This document shows positions 30,259 to 40,684 of a stretch of DNA of 64,000 nt, piece after piece (position 1 is the first letter of the stretch; every line of letters begins with the position of its first letter). The DNA is from a virus. Its lineage: Duplodnaviria; Caudoviricetes. A program made the position numbers and the translations under genes. Where the stretch lies: IMG/VR virus record IMGVR_UViG_3300037067_001739, positions 70,398-134,397 of that record. One strand, 5' to 3'. The notes below the pieces were generated by a model. That model searched no databases and was not told the origin of the DNA. It saw only the letters and a program-made list of their open reading frames with translations.

Positions 30259-31650
30259 TTAATGTTCATCTTTTACCCCCATATTCGATTTGATACCATA
30301 GTTAAGTCCTTGCGGACGCCGAGTTCGTTTAGCATTTATCAATGCCAGTCCGAGACTAGATATGACATTAGTCAAGTCATTTTCAAAGTCCCGACTGTTA
30401 TCTCCATGCCCACAGCTCCCATGTACGTATTCGTGCATAAGAGTGCCGACAAATTTACCCATATCCTCACGCTGGACTGTATCGTAACAGACACCAGCTA
30501 CGCCGCTTTGATAATATCCTGTCTGGTCGTAGTTGAAGAGCCGAGCTTCATCCTTCTTCTCCATGTCAATAAAGATTTTAACAGGATACACCTTTAGTCC
30601 AGCTTCGCCAGCGATTTCATCCGCAATTCTTTTGCCCTCGTGAACGAACCGCTTTTCGGATGCCGTTAGCTTGGACATGGGTACAATCTTTTTGTTATCT
30701 TTTATCACTTCACCAGCTTCGGGAAGCAGGCTCTTTAGTGACCAGCGGAAACTCCAAGGAAATTCTAGGACTGTCCAGTTCTTTTCCTCAGCCGTTAAGT
30801 CTGTCTTTGCATCATTTGACGACAAGCAGACTTTTGTGCCGAAGGTTTCCTTTATCACCTTCAGCCAAGTATTCCGTCTAGGTAAGAATGATGTGTCAAA
30901 TTCCGCAGGTATCTTACCATTGTTAGGCTTGCAGTTTCCAGACACCAGCAGGTTTTTGATGATTGCCCTGTTCGTGGTGGTGGACAGTGCTTTGCCCACA
31001 GCGGTCTTGATTGCGCTGATATTTATTGCCGCTCTGTCTCTGTTCACCAATTCTTTATCATTGAAGTTATATCCATACAAGGCATCAATCTTGGTAACAG
31101 CAAGACCGTTCACCCACACAATGCCAGCGTTACCTTCGATTATCTCGTAGGTTTTGCCATCTTTGTCCAGTACACCTTGCGGATTCAACGAGAGGAATAG
31201 ACTGCGTGCCTGTTCCAGTTCTTCGGGTAAAGCTTGTAAGTAGACTGCCGTTCCTATGTCCTCTGTCGTGCCAGTGTCCTCAACATCAATGGTCAGCAGT
31301 TCCTCTTGCCACGTATCATCAAACTGCATGGAGAACGTGTACTTTTTACCATGTGATAAGATGTAGATTTGCCTGCCCTCACGAGCAAGGACAAGGCAAC
31401 CAATCTTTAACCCTTCACCGAACTGCCCGATAACCAGTTTGTTATTGCGCTTGGAGCTTCTGCCAATGATGAAGTCTGACAGTTTAACTCCTATGCCTTT
31501 ATCTCTGACAATCTGGAAGATGCCACTGTCACCGAACATGACTTCCGTTCCAGTGTCGAGGGCATTCTGGACAATCTCCCTAATGGCATCTCGGATAGTC
31601 CATTCTTTACAATAGCTCTTTTCGATTGTTAGAGTTCGTCTCTCAGCCAT
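30259..31650 (-). CDS. GHKL (HATPase_c) ATPase with C-terminal HExxH motif
   Basis: IREIVQNALD, DKGIG, IGQFGEGLKIG; C-terminal HEYVH..HGD..DF. Confidence 0.8.
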   Translation of the reverse strand: MAERRTLTIEKSYCKEWTIRDAIREIVQNALDTGTEVMFGDSGIFQIVRDKGIGVKLSDFIIGRSSKRNNKLVIGQFGEGLKIGCLVLAREGRQIYILSHGKKYTFSMQFDDTWQEELLTIDVEDTGTTEDIGTAVYLQALPEELEQARSLFLSLNPQGVLDKDGKTYEIIEGNAGIVWVNGLAVTKIDALYGYNFNDKELVNRDRAAINISAIKTAVGKALSTTTNRAIIKNLLVSGNCKPNNGKIPAEFDTSFLPRRNTWLKVIKETFGTKVCLSSNDAKTDLTAEEKNWTVLEFPWSFRWSLKSLLPEAGEVIKDNKKIVPMSKLTASEKRFVHEGKRIADEIAGEAGLKVYPVKIFIDMEKKDEARLFNYDQTGYYQSGVAGVCYDTVQREDMGKFVGTLMHEYVHGSCGHGDNSRDFENDLTNVISSLGLALINAKRTRRPQGLNYGIKSNMGVKDEH

Positions 31651-31689
31651 TTGCCACTCCTTTTTTAGACATACCTGTTCCCACTATCT

Positions 31690-31718
31690 ATTATAGCACA
31701 AGCCAGCAACCGAGTCAA
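31690..31718 (-). promoter_or_regulatory. sigma70-type promoter, class A
   Basis: TTGACTCGGTTGCTGGCTTGTGCTATAAT. Confidence 0.85.
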
Positions 31719-31883
31719 CTGTTCTGTTCTAGCCTCGGTTTGAACTTTGGCAATGAACCCACTGGATTCTCGTCAAAGCAGTTGCCACATGGTAGCATAT
31801 GGATGCTCATGCCTGTTCTTTTTAGATGGTTACAGTTTCGGCAACACCGCTTTAGTGTACCATCCTCTCTGTAAGGCGACCAT

Positions 31884-34306
31884 TTAACCATAGATTGCCT
31901 CACCAAAGAGACAGCATTGCAACCACACGTCTGCCGTTATAGCATCATCATCTTCTGCCAAGAAATCGGAGAAGTGCTTCGGATATTTTTCTGCCATAAC
32001 CTCTGTTCCCTTGCGGATAGCTTCTAAATCCAGAGTGTACTCTTTGCCATCATCTTCCTCTTGGTCAATGAAGGTAAGACTGCCACCCTTGAACGGTAGC
32101 TCTACATGGGCGAACTCGATTCCCAGGCTTTCCTTGGTTTGCCCTTCGGGGTAGTTGAACTCTTTGATAAAATACCAGTAATTGCTACCACCCTCAAGGG
32201 CATTGGTTAGAATGTCTTGTAGTCTTTGCTCTGCCACTTCTAGATTAACTTTTATGTTCATTGTTGTTTGCCACTCCTTATTCGTTTTTTTTATGCCAAT
32301 AATGGATTAGTGTCCCATCTATCGCCCTCTCTACCACAACGATAGTCTTTGAGTCTTTGCCAGACTGGAGCACCATTGTTCTCATCCGAGTACAAAAGGT
32401 ACTCGTTGAGCGTAATGCCATTCACCCTGTCCATCAGAAGATATTTCAATCCGTAGAAGAACAGGTGACTTGGAAGCCCGACCAGAAACCTTACCGTCTC
32501 TTTCCAATCGGCTTCTTTGTGAGCATCAATTCTGGATACATCACGCTCACATGACTTGCAATATTTGCCGTTGCTTGTCTCGACTCCGCATACCTTACAG
32601 TTTGCCATTGTTACTCCTTCCCTAGCCTTTTCTTTAGCTCCTGTCTCGACCTAGCCAATCCTTTCGGGTTGCTGACAGGTTGTGATTTGGCTTTACCTGC
32701 GAATGGGTCTGGATATTCCCACCAGTAATAAGGTTGATTAACTCTGTCTGCCTCAACCCTTTCCCTGTTTTCCTTTGCCTTACGTTCATCATCCACCATG
32801 ATGCTCATTGCAAGCCCCCGCTTTCTCAACATCCAACAGATTTGCCGACTCCTTGCACTCAGGGCATCGTAGCGGGTCGTCAGGTTTGTTGGTGGCGAAT
32901 TCATATTCCGAAGCTTTGAAACCACAATTGCCACACTTTATTAGCACATCACAATAGACTACCATTGCCTACTCCTTTACCAGATTAGTAATGTCGTTGG
33001 CGCAGAACGGACACTCGATACCTTGGGTATCAAGCACAGTTTCAACACTACCATAATTAGTAATGTTGCCGTCTTCATCAATGTCAGCTTTCTGAAGGCA
33101 TTGTGAGTAGACATTGACGCTGTTAAGGTCTTTGCCGCATTCTGGACATTTCATTTAAGCCCCCATTCTCCTTTCCATAGCTTCTTCAGCCATTATTTCC
33201 CTGTACGCATCTGATGCCTCAACATCTTCTTCATACAGATTGTGGGCTACGTCAATTGCTTGCTCTTCCCTAGTGCCCACTGGAAGTTGAGTCACAGTCT
33301 CTCTGCCAGCTTTATCTTTGTGGGTGATGTTAAAACTGACTTTGAATGAAGGCTCATCATCTTCACCGCCATACCAATGTCTGACGATGGTGACAACAAC
33401 ATTGCCCTCATCCTTGGTGAAGAATGTGTGCCTTGAATCTGGTAGGTCAAACCCATAGTCTTTTACCATCGGTAGCTCCTTTCCTTGCCGTATTACCTTG
33501 TTACTCTTGATGTGGATATTCGCCCGTTTCCTCTGGTTACCTTGATACTCCAGCCTCGGTCTTGCTCTGTGACATTGATGTACTTTAGGTTATTTGAACG
33601 GTGGCGTTTGAAGTGGATTTCAAACCGTACTTTAATTGGTACGTTATACCTACCTAGCACATCATACCACTTTAGCCTCTCGTCAAGAGCTTTGTTTACA
33701 TCGCTGGAATCAATGTAGAACACATCAGCATCAGTGCCTTTGTTGTCGCACAACCAGAGCGTGCCAGTGGATACGTCACCAGTCAGAGTGTCAATCTCTC
33801 TGGCAATCCGATAGGAGACATTACCCATGTCTCTCTGGCGTTTGACTTCATTTTGCTCTTGGCGAGTGCTATCCTCGTTACGGATAGCTTTCGCATCTGC
33901 CTCATCCATAACTACACCCCTTCTTTGATTATTCTGCCTTGGTTGACATCAACGCCAGTCAGGTGAGGTTTGTCGGTGAGGAAGTTAAGCAGGCTCTTCC
34001 GAGTCTTGTACGCTTTGGCTACGCTGTAATCATTACGGATTGCTTTGAACGGCGTGACCTCAACGACATGACCAGTAAGAACTCTAGGCTCTTTCCTGAA
34101 CATGGACTTATGCTCGACACAATGGCGACAATAGTTGTAATTGTCCATCGGGTTTAAGCCTTTGGTCTTGCATACGCACCGACTTTGCCTCAACCAACCT
34201 TCGCTGTCCTTGCGGATGTCGGCTGGGTCTTCGTACCCACGAGACGGGCAAACATTGTTAAAATAGTAACCGTCACAGTGGAATACTTTGTCTGGTCTTT
34301 TTGCCA
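31884..34306 (-). other. Run of about seven small hypothetical early genes
   Basis: Tightly packed minus-strand ORFs 31884-32261, 32291-32608, 32611-32934, 32969-33154, 33155-33469, 33493-33909, 33912-34306; several have AAGGAG SD sites. Confidence 0.6.
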
Positions 34307-34338
34307 TTTCAGTTTCTCCTTTCTTCTGGACTATCTTA

Positions 34339-34367
34339 ATTATAACAGGCGCAACACCATCTGTCAA
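34339..34367 (-). promoter_or_regulatory. First leftward sigma70-type promoter (class B, GCCTG)
   Basis: TTGACAGATGGTGTTGCGCCTGTTATAAT. Confidence 0.8.
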
Positions 34368-34965
34368 GTGCGAATCCCAGGCGAATCGAGGTAGGGTCGC
34401 TGTTCAGGAAGATGGTGAAAATGCCAGCGAGTTGCGGTGGGGTCTGGTCTTTGGCGATGATGTCTACTTCTCCTATATATACAGTACATAACACACAGTA
34501 TAGTCCTTGAAAGGCTGAACGGAGTAGGTTAGCTCCACGTAAGGCAGGACGTAGGAATACCCACCCACGTTGATGCTTGCCAGATGTATACCCAAGCTCC
34601 ACGTAGGCTGGACATGATAGGCTGATGTGTAACGTATTTTTCTTCCGCAGAGCAAATTTTCAAAACGTGCCTTGAGTACGTCCTGCGTCAACGTTGGGCG
34701 GAACGTTGCTGTTCTGTATATATGGTGTATTTGCCTACTGTATATATATGAATAGTTGCCTACGGTAGAAATGCCAAGGACACCGCACCCCACGCAGTTA
34801 TGGTACTATTGCCGTTCAGCAACACGTTGTGTTCTGGTATTTGTGCCATGTTCATTGCTGTTCAGCTTGTGGTATTTTTGCCACGTGGTATCCTGGATAT
34901 ATGGCTGATTTGCCGCAGTACCGCTAAAGGTACGCATTGACGACAACCAGGCGAAGGAGCTATGC

Positions 34966-34994
34966 TTGACACTACAATAGGCTTGTGCTATAAT
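34966..34994 (+). promoter_or_regulatory. First rightward sigma70-type promoter (class A)
   Basis: TTGACACTACAATAGGCTTGTGCTATAAT. Confidence 0.85.
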
Positions 34995-35044
34995 AGAAGG
35001 GTAAAGGTCGAGACATAATATTAAATAGAAAGGACAGAGCCGAT

Positions 35045-35413
35045 ATGGGTAACCGCAAAAATCGTGAACGTGCAGAAGCGGGCTGGATATTCAGGGAAGG
35101 TCGGTTAGTTCGTAAAGAAGAATGGTACGCCGCTCATCCCACACGTGAAATGCTCGCTGAACGGCAGAAGCAGGTTGACGAAGCTGTCAGGCAGGAGATG
35201 CTCAAGAAGTCTGTTGAGGCACAGGGTGTCGAGCTTCCGAAGGGTGGAGGCATTCTGATTGTCAAGGATGGTCAGATACTAGACCCCAAGGACACAAATG
35301 CTCTGATAGCCGAAGCAATTCCCAATCCCTACTACTGCACAGCCTGTCGGAAACGACACATGAAAACATCAAAGGTCGGGCAAGAACATCTGAATTTTTA
35401 CCTAGCGGAGTGA
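35045..35413 (+). CDS. Hypothetical protein with C-terminal CxxC/His Zn finger
   Basis: AAGGA SD; CTAC..H...H. Confidence 0.65.
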   Translation: MGNRKNRERAEAGWIFREGRLVRKEEWYAAHPTREMLAERQKQVDEAVRQEMLKKSVEAQGVELPKGGGILIVKDGQILDPKDTNALIAEAIPNPYYCTACRKRHMKTSKVGQEHLNFYLAE

Positions 35414-35594
35414 TACAATGCACCTATTAGTTGATGCGGCATTCAAACAGGTTGAGAAGGATGTCCAGAAGGTTCAGGAAGCCATTGATGGTGGAAGCAC
35501 CACAGGCTACAAGGACATCTGCGTGAAGCGGGCTATTGCTTCCGTTGATGCTCTCAAGGCATCCTTACACACACTAAAATAAAGGAGTCAGCCA

Positions 35595-35840
35595 ATGTTC
35601 ACTAATGAACTGAAAAAGGGCGACAAGGTACGTCTCAACAACGGATGGGACGCCAAAATCGAGGACAATCAGCGTGGTAACACTCGGCTTGCTACAGTGT
35701 ACGGTCTGTTCACCGAAATGGGCAGTGTTTACTCCCATGACATTGTATTCAAGTACAATGCCGATGGTTCAACCACGAAGATTGAATACACGCCAGCACA
35801 GGAAAAGCTCCGCCAGAACTGTAAAGCGATGGGGTTCTGA
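35595..35840 (+). CDS. Hypothetical protein
   Basis: AAGGAG SD; 81 aa. Confidence 0.65.
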   Translation: MFTNELKKGDKVRLNNGWDAKIEDNQRGNTRLATVYGLFTEMGSVYSHDIVFKYNADGSTTKIEYTPAQEKLRQNCKAMGF

Positions 35841-35922
35841 CGATGGGCTTCTGTGAAAGGGGGTGATTAAAGGCTACACTTAAATGAGGTACATTATATA
35901 ATTTAATTCGCCGTTTGAGACT

Positions 35923-35955
35923 AGGGTAGTTCTGTTGTAAGGCTACCCTTTTCTC
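35923..35955 (+). terminator. Intrinsic terminator
   Basis: AGGGTAGT...GCTACCCT stem followed by TTTCTC. Confidence 0.55.
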
Positions 35956-36136
35956 TGTTCAGTGTTCTGTCATTAATGCCACTTTGGTTGCTGTTCTATA
36001 TGATGGTATTATTGCCATTATTTTATTGTTGCGCTCTGGTATTATTGCCACATGACCTCTAAAGTCCCGCAACGACTTTAGACGGCTATATTGCCATAGG
36101 AGCTATCCCCAGGCTGAAACTCGCCGTGAATTGGTA

Positions 36137-36165
36137 TTGACATCCTTAATCTAGCCTGCTATACT
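36137..36165 (+). promoter_or_regulatory. sigma70-type promoter, class B
   Basis: TTGACATCCTTAATCTAGCCTGCTATACT. Confidence 0.75.
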
Positions 36166-36174
36166 ATATATAGG

Positions 36175-36495
36175 ATGGTTAAGATGGATACTCAAGATTA
36201 CGAACAGAAGCCCGCTCAAGTCTACCTACTCCATTTTGAGCAACCCTACTGGAGTAAAGCGCAACATTATGTAGGGTATACAACCATCGGGGCTGATAAT
36301 CGTATCGAGAAGCACAGGACTGGTAAAGGCTCGCTTCTCGTAGACTACGCCCACAACAAGAAGGGCATTCCTTTTCAGGTTGCACTCGTAGAAGATTTTG
36401 AGACGGCACAACTTGCACGTCACTTTGAGCGTAAGCTCAAGAGCGAAGGTCACCTGTCAAGGCATTGTCCTATTTGTAGGGGTGAGCATGGGTAA
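36175..36495 (+). CDS. GIY-YIG nuclease family protein
   Basis: VYLLHF...HYVGYT...RIEKH..G.GS...ERKLK...CPIC. Confidence 0.75.
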   Translation: MVKMDTQDYEQKPAQVYLLHFEQPYWSKAQHYVGYTTIGADNRIEKHRTGKGSLLVDYAHNKKGIPFQVALVEDFETAQLARHFERKLKSEGHLSRHCPICRGEHG

Positions 36496-36789
36496 TCCAA
36501 AGAAAAACAAGTCCAAGCGTAAGTATCGCCGCTCGGAACGTCAGAGGGAAAGGAGAGAAGCCAATGGCAATGACAAAAGCCGAAGGTGTTAAAGCCCTTG
36601 AAGATGCTAAGGGTAAGCTCGCCAAAGCGTCAAGCAGAGACGAGACCCTAGCAATCTTGCTCGAAGCGGGCAAGGCAGTCGGCTACTCACCAGCGATGCG
36701 CTGTCTGGTAGCAGGCAAAGCTCCCGAAGAATCTATCAAGTGGGGCTAACCGCATAGCCATCACTATATTCGTTCCTTTCTAGGAGATT

Positions 36790-36820
36790 GGGGCTGGTCA
36801 AAAGCCAGTCCCTTTCTTCT
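36790..36820 (+). terminator. Intrinsic terminator
   Basis: GGGGCTGGT-CAAAA-GCCAGTCCC followed by TTTCTT. Confidence 0.6.
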
Positions 36821-36951
36821 GTTCTGCAACATGGTATTATTGCCATTAATTTAGGTTAATTTGTGGTAATTTTGCCGCAGGAGCTATTTACCTGGAATTT
36901 GCGCCGTAAATAGTAGTTGATTATTTTGTGTCTGCCTGCTACAATATAAGT

Positions 36952-37308
36952 ATGGTAGAACACGGATGGATATTCCCTAGACGTGAAGCGGAGACGGTCA
37001 CAGACTTCCCACCAGTGACTATACATAGGGAACTAGACACCCTGCAATGTCTGGACTATGACAGAGCAAAGGCAAATAGACAAATGGTTGCTAGACATGA
37101 ATGCTCTACTGGCTATAACCACCTAGCTAAAGATGATGCGTATTTACTCCCGATTGGTTACGTTGACAAGGAAATTCTAGAACTACTTGAAAGGAGCGAA
37201 AGGAGGGATGCCAGCGTGGATAGATTCAATAATTGGTATTCTATTTGCGATATTATTCCTGTGGATATGTTGGTACAACCACAAGAAAAAGGGCAAATGG
37301 TAGTATGA
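36952..37308 (+). CDS. Hypothetical protein (probably leaderless)
   Basis: ATG 6 nt after the -10 of promoter 36917-36945 (TTGATT...GCCTGCTACAAT). Confidence 0.55.
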   Translation: MVEHGWIFPRREAETVTDFPPVTIHRELDTLQCLDYDRAKANRQMVARHECSTGYNHLAKDDAYLLPIGYVDKEILELLERSERRDASVDRFNNWYSICDIIPVDMLVQPQEKGQMVV

Positions 37309-38032
37309 GACACAGAAGGGCAAACAAATTCCCATTAACAGAAGAAATGATAGCCAGGAACAAAGTCATTAACGCAGTCTTTGATTCCCGATTAGCACGT
37401 AATCCTGTTCAGCGAATTGGCACGAAAGGAGTTACTCATGACCAAGAGCGAATACAATAAGCTTGTACGCTTTGCTGGCGAGGGGCATGTTACCATCTCC
37501 AAAGATGCTCCGAAGGCAATCAAGAAATTCCAGAAAAAATAAACACTTTCGCCGTTCAGCAAGTTGGCAAATTTTGTCGCTTGCTGTTCACGAATCTGGT
37601 AAAATTGCCACGATGCTGTTCACGAATAAATGCCGTAATTTTGGAGCTACATTATGTAAACTGGTATTTTTGCCGCTTGGAGCTATCATTATGTAAAGTT
37701 GCCATACCCAGGCACATTATGTAAAGCTGGCGAAGGTAGTACGTAGGTACTATATAAAAAAAGTACAATAGTACCTTGACAACCACTGAAAAAACCTTTA
37801 TAATATAGGTATGATGATAAAAAAATAAATGCTTATTTGACAAAGCGGATAATGAAGTCAAAAAAAGTCGCACTAGCTTGAATGTGTAAACGCTCTGCTA
37901 GTCACCGTAAAGGACATACGGAAGTCATAAGCTAACTAATCATTATGACTATAAAAAGAATACCTATAATAAAAATAGGAATGAATATAAAAACAACGTA
38001 AAATAAAATAAATAAATGGAGTGTAAATTAAA

Positions 38033-38713
38033 ATGTCTGACGAAGTAAAGACAATCAACCCTTCAACCCTTGGTCGTAACCGCAAGCGGTACGAGACTAT
38101 GAAACAGCTTGACGGTATGACGGACAAAAAAGTCAATGAGGCTATGAAGCTGGACATTGACTTATACAACAAACAGAATAAAACCAGCTTCACCCTTGAC
38201 GATTACGTCAAAATGCTGGAAAGTCTGAACAAACCGTCACAGACTGGAAAGCGTGACGCTGATAAAGCGACACGTGACGAACTCATAACCCAAACGCAGG
38301 ATTTACTTAGCGTGGTAAACCTTGCGGTATCTTCCAAACGTGGGGAAGTCACCCTGTCACCCAAAGCGAAAGCGAAAGCTTTTGACGTGTTGGGGGAATT
38401 TGGAGACGTATTGACTAACCACCTCAAAACCGCTTTTTCTCCCATAGGTGGTATGTCAATGCTCTGGAATCCCTCTTCACAGGTTGCGGAAGCTAAAGAC
38501 GGATTATCCGTCTATATTGGGGGATGGGATGACGGAAGCAAAAACCCACGTTACCAGTATGCACCCCGCAAATGTCCCATTTCCAAACGTAGCGGATACC
38601 GTGATGATAGCTTTGACGTAGCAATCCATGACCTGAACGCAAAGCAAACACCCAAACAGGAAACGGAAACCGAAGCGGAAGCGGAAGCGGAAAAAACCGA
38701 AGCGGAAAGCTAA
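38033..38713 (+). CDS. Hypothetical protein with acidic (EA/ET)n tail
   Basis: GGAG SD; promoter TTGACA-17-TATAAT at 37776-37804 upstream. Confidence 0.7.
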   Translation: MSDEVKTINPSTLGRNRKRYETMKQLDGMTDKKVNEAMKLDIDLYNKQNKTSFTLDDYVKMLESLNKPSQTGKRDADKATRDELITQTQDLLSVVNLAVSSKRGEVTLSPKAKAKAFDVLGEFGDVLTNHLKTAFSPIGGMSMLWNPSSQVAEAKDGLSVYIGGWDDGSKNPRYQYAPRKCPISKRSGYRDDSFDVAIHDLNAKQTPKQETETEAEAEAEKTEAES

Positions 38714-39522
38714 CCGCTTGTCATTGTCTGCTAGTCCCAAGACGATAAAAAGAGACTAGCAAATAAAATTGGAGTGTGTATAATGGATTGTAGCAAATGC
38801 GCTTGGAGTAACCCTGAAACGTGTAGAATATGCAAAGCGGAACAAAAAGAAAAAGAACTAACCCCGATGGAACAAGATATAAAAGAATTTACAGAAAATA
38901 GCTTGCGCATAGGGTTACATAGTGCAACTATATTACTAGCAAGCTATCAACACAACCAGAACAACTAGACTTGACATAATGAAGGCACAGCTAGTTGACA
39001 TAACATCGTAGCCTGAAGCCCCCGCCCACTTGACATAAAAAGGCGGGGCTTTTTCAGCGACCTACGATGTTGTGTTCCCCTTATTAGATATTAAAAAATT
39101 TCAAACTTCGTTTCAGGTGGGTCTGTTTTGCTGGCTCGGAAAAATTGTGAAAGTAATTTTCAAACTTTAATGGTAATCATCGGGTGGCAATTTTCATGTG
39201 TCGTTTTTTGCGTGTTTTGTCAAATTCTAAGCATTTTTACGCATGGACTTTTATTGTGAAAATAAGAGTTAGCTCCATAAAAGAATAAGTAATTTAGACG
39301 TTGCGTTTACACCTAGCGTATGCTATAATTATAATAGAGAGGGTAACTCTCGGAGGTGCAAAGATGGACGTTATGATTATCATTGCTTTGGTTATTGCAA
39401 TACCTGTCATTTTGTTTCCTGCGGTCTTCGTTTGGTATCTCAATGTCGGTGGTCTTTGGGAAGCTTGGAAGTATAAGAGAGCTAAGGATAAGAAGAGAGC
39501 TAGAGCGTTGGTCTAGCCATGC

Positions 39523-39553
39523 GGGGCGGAGTTTATTTTGCTCCGTCCCTTTT
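39523..39553 (+). terminator. Intrinsic terminator
   Basis: GGGGCGGAGT...GCTCCGTCCC followed by TTTT. Confidence 0.6.
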
Positions 39554-39570
39554 CTATGCCATAAAAAGGC

Positions 39571-39599
39571 TTGACAATGACCTTATCGTATGATATAAT
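39571..39599 (+). promoter_or_regulatory. sigma70-type promoter, class C (GTATGnTATAAT)
   Basis: TTGACAATGACCTTATCGTATGATATAAT; same class at 39301-39329 and 42430-42458. Confidence 0.8.
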
Positions 39600-39615
39600 A
39601 ATAATGAGGGTTAGT

Positions 39616-39768
39616 ATGGGTATTAAATTAGAGAAACCGTTGAGGTTCGTATGCGATAAAGTGTGCGATAACTGCTTGATTAGGTTCAAGTGTTGGACTC
39701 AACGTGGAATAACCCATCTTGACTGGAATGACTTCAAAAAGATAGCTGATGAGAGTGGTATAAAATGA
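39616..39768 (+). CDS. Small protein with tag motif
   Basis: MGIKLEKPLRFVCDKVCDNCLIRFKCWTQRG...; GAGG SD. Confidence 0.65.
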   Translation: MGIKLEKPLRFVCDKVCDNCLIRFKCWTQRGITHLDWNDFKKIADESGIK

Positions 39769-40169
39769 AACATATATTTGGTACAGGTGCATATGGAGAG
39801 CCATACCATGTAGAGTTAGATGATGATACTCTATATGATGCTCGTTGTGCTCAACATGTTCTGAGGACTCTTCCCTGGGAAGGGGAGATGTTCATACCGT
39901 GTTCAGCTAAACGTCTCGGTGGGGGTATGGTTCTTGACCTTGTGGAAATTGTGGTAACCAAGCGTGTAGCTTGGTTGAGTGTCGAAGGACCAGAGTCTAG
40001 GGAGAATTTGATTGATAGTCATGATTTGTTTAATCTCCCTGATATATACCTCACTAAGTCCTTTGAAAATGACCTTATTGATAATATGTTAGAGTTAGAT
40101 AGCCATGAAATAGACTTAATAGCTAGTTGGAAAGAGCGTCTGACGAATAAACTCGAAAATAATGAATAA
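39765..40169 (+). CDS. Hypothetical protein
   Basis: 134-aa ORF overlapping the previous gene. Confidence 0.55.
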   Translation: MKHIFGTGAYGEPYHVELDDDTLYDARCAQHVLRTLPWEGEMFIPCSAKRLGGGMVLDLVEIVVTKRVAWLSVEGPESRENLIDSHDLFNLPDIYLTKSFENDLIDNMLELDSHEIDLIASWKERLTNKLENNE

Positions 40170-40190
40170 ATTTTGAGTTTGAAGCTAGTT

Positions 40191-40235
40191 AAAGTGTCCT
40201 TAAATGGCTATTTTTTCGTAATATAATATTAGGGG
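40191..40235 (+). promoter_or_regulatory. Putative phage-specific (late) promoter, copy 1
   Basis: AAAGTGTCCTTAAATGGCTATTTTTTCGTAATATAATATTAGGGG; 38/45 identical to 63728-63772. Confidence 0.65.
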
Positions 40236-40568
40236 GGTGCGTGGATTCGACAGGGTAGAGGGTGTATATATAAGCAGGTAGTCAGTGTGGAATGACTTAA
40301 AACCCCACGAAAAAATAAATGTCAACGTTAAGAACGTTTTCGTAGTCCTAGAAGAAGGGCTACTCTTCCTGAGCGATGGTGCTACGGTTGCTCTCGAAGA
40401 CAGTTTCGTAGCTGAACCAGTTAAAGAACTCGTAACTGTATAAAAAGAGTCCTGCTCAACGTCAAACCAGTCGTCAGCTAGACGTTGAAAAGATAAAAGA
40501 CGAATAAACCTGTAGAAATTACATACAACGCTATACTGGACAGGGAGTTCGACCCTCCCTCACCTCCA
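40233..40568 (+). ncRNA. ssrA: tmRNA
   Basis: 5' GGGGGTG pairs with 3' CACCTCC+A, with G3.U70; GGATTCGAC; T-arm GGGAG-TTCGACC-CTCCC; pk1 AGTCA/TGACT + GTGG/CCAC; resume context ATAAAT|GTC; CCA end not encoded. Confidence 0.92.
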
Positions 40569-40684
40569 CAAACGCTTGTCGTAACTCAAAACTATAATGC
40601 TTATCACGACAGCGTGATACTTTTACCTGGCTTTACAATAATGCTTACGACAGTAAGGGACTGGTACGGATTAGAGGTAGTCCC

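Larger units (their letters stand above)
34414..37703. repeat. Dispersed intergenic GG(T/C)-N6-TGCC repeats in clusters
   Basis: Copies at 34414, 34724, 34764, 34802, 34836, 34871, 34903, 36005, 36038, 36084, 36833, 36865, 37598, 37663. Confidence 0.8.

Noticed and set aside
39-34394. Plus-strand ORFs in the left arm and minus-strand ORFs after 35 kb
   Set aside because: They are antisense shadows of better-supported genes with no recognisable motifs; 14782-15387 and 14930-15211 arise from the Gly/Gln low-complexity tract
34400-37810. CRISPR array or mini-array
   Set aside because: Repeat units are only 12 bp, degenerate and irregularly clustered; no 25-45 bp identical repeats and no cas genes
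40536-40570. Stand-alone tRNA gene
   Set aside because: The T-arm and acceptor strand belong to the tmRNA; there is no anticodon arm. I saw no other tRNA by eye
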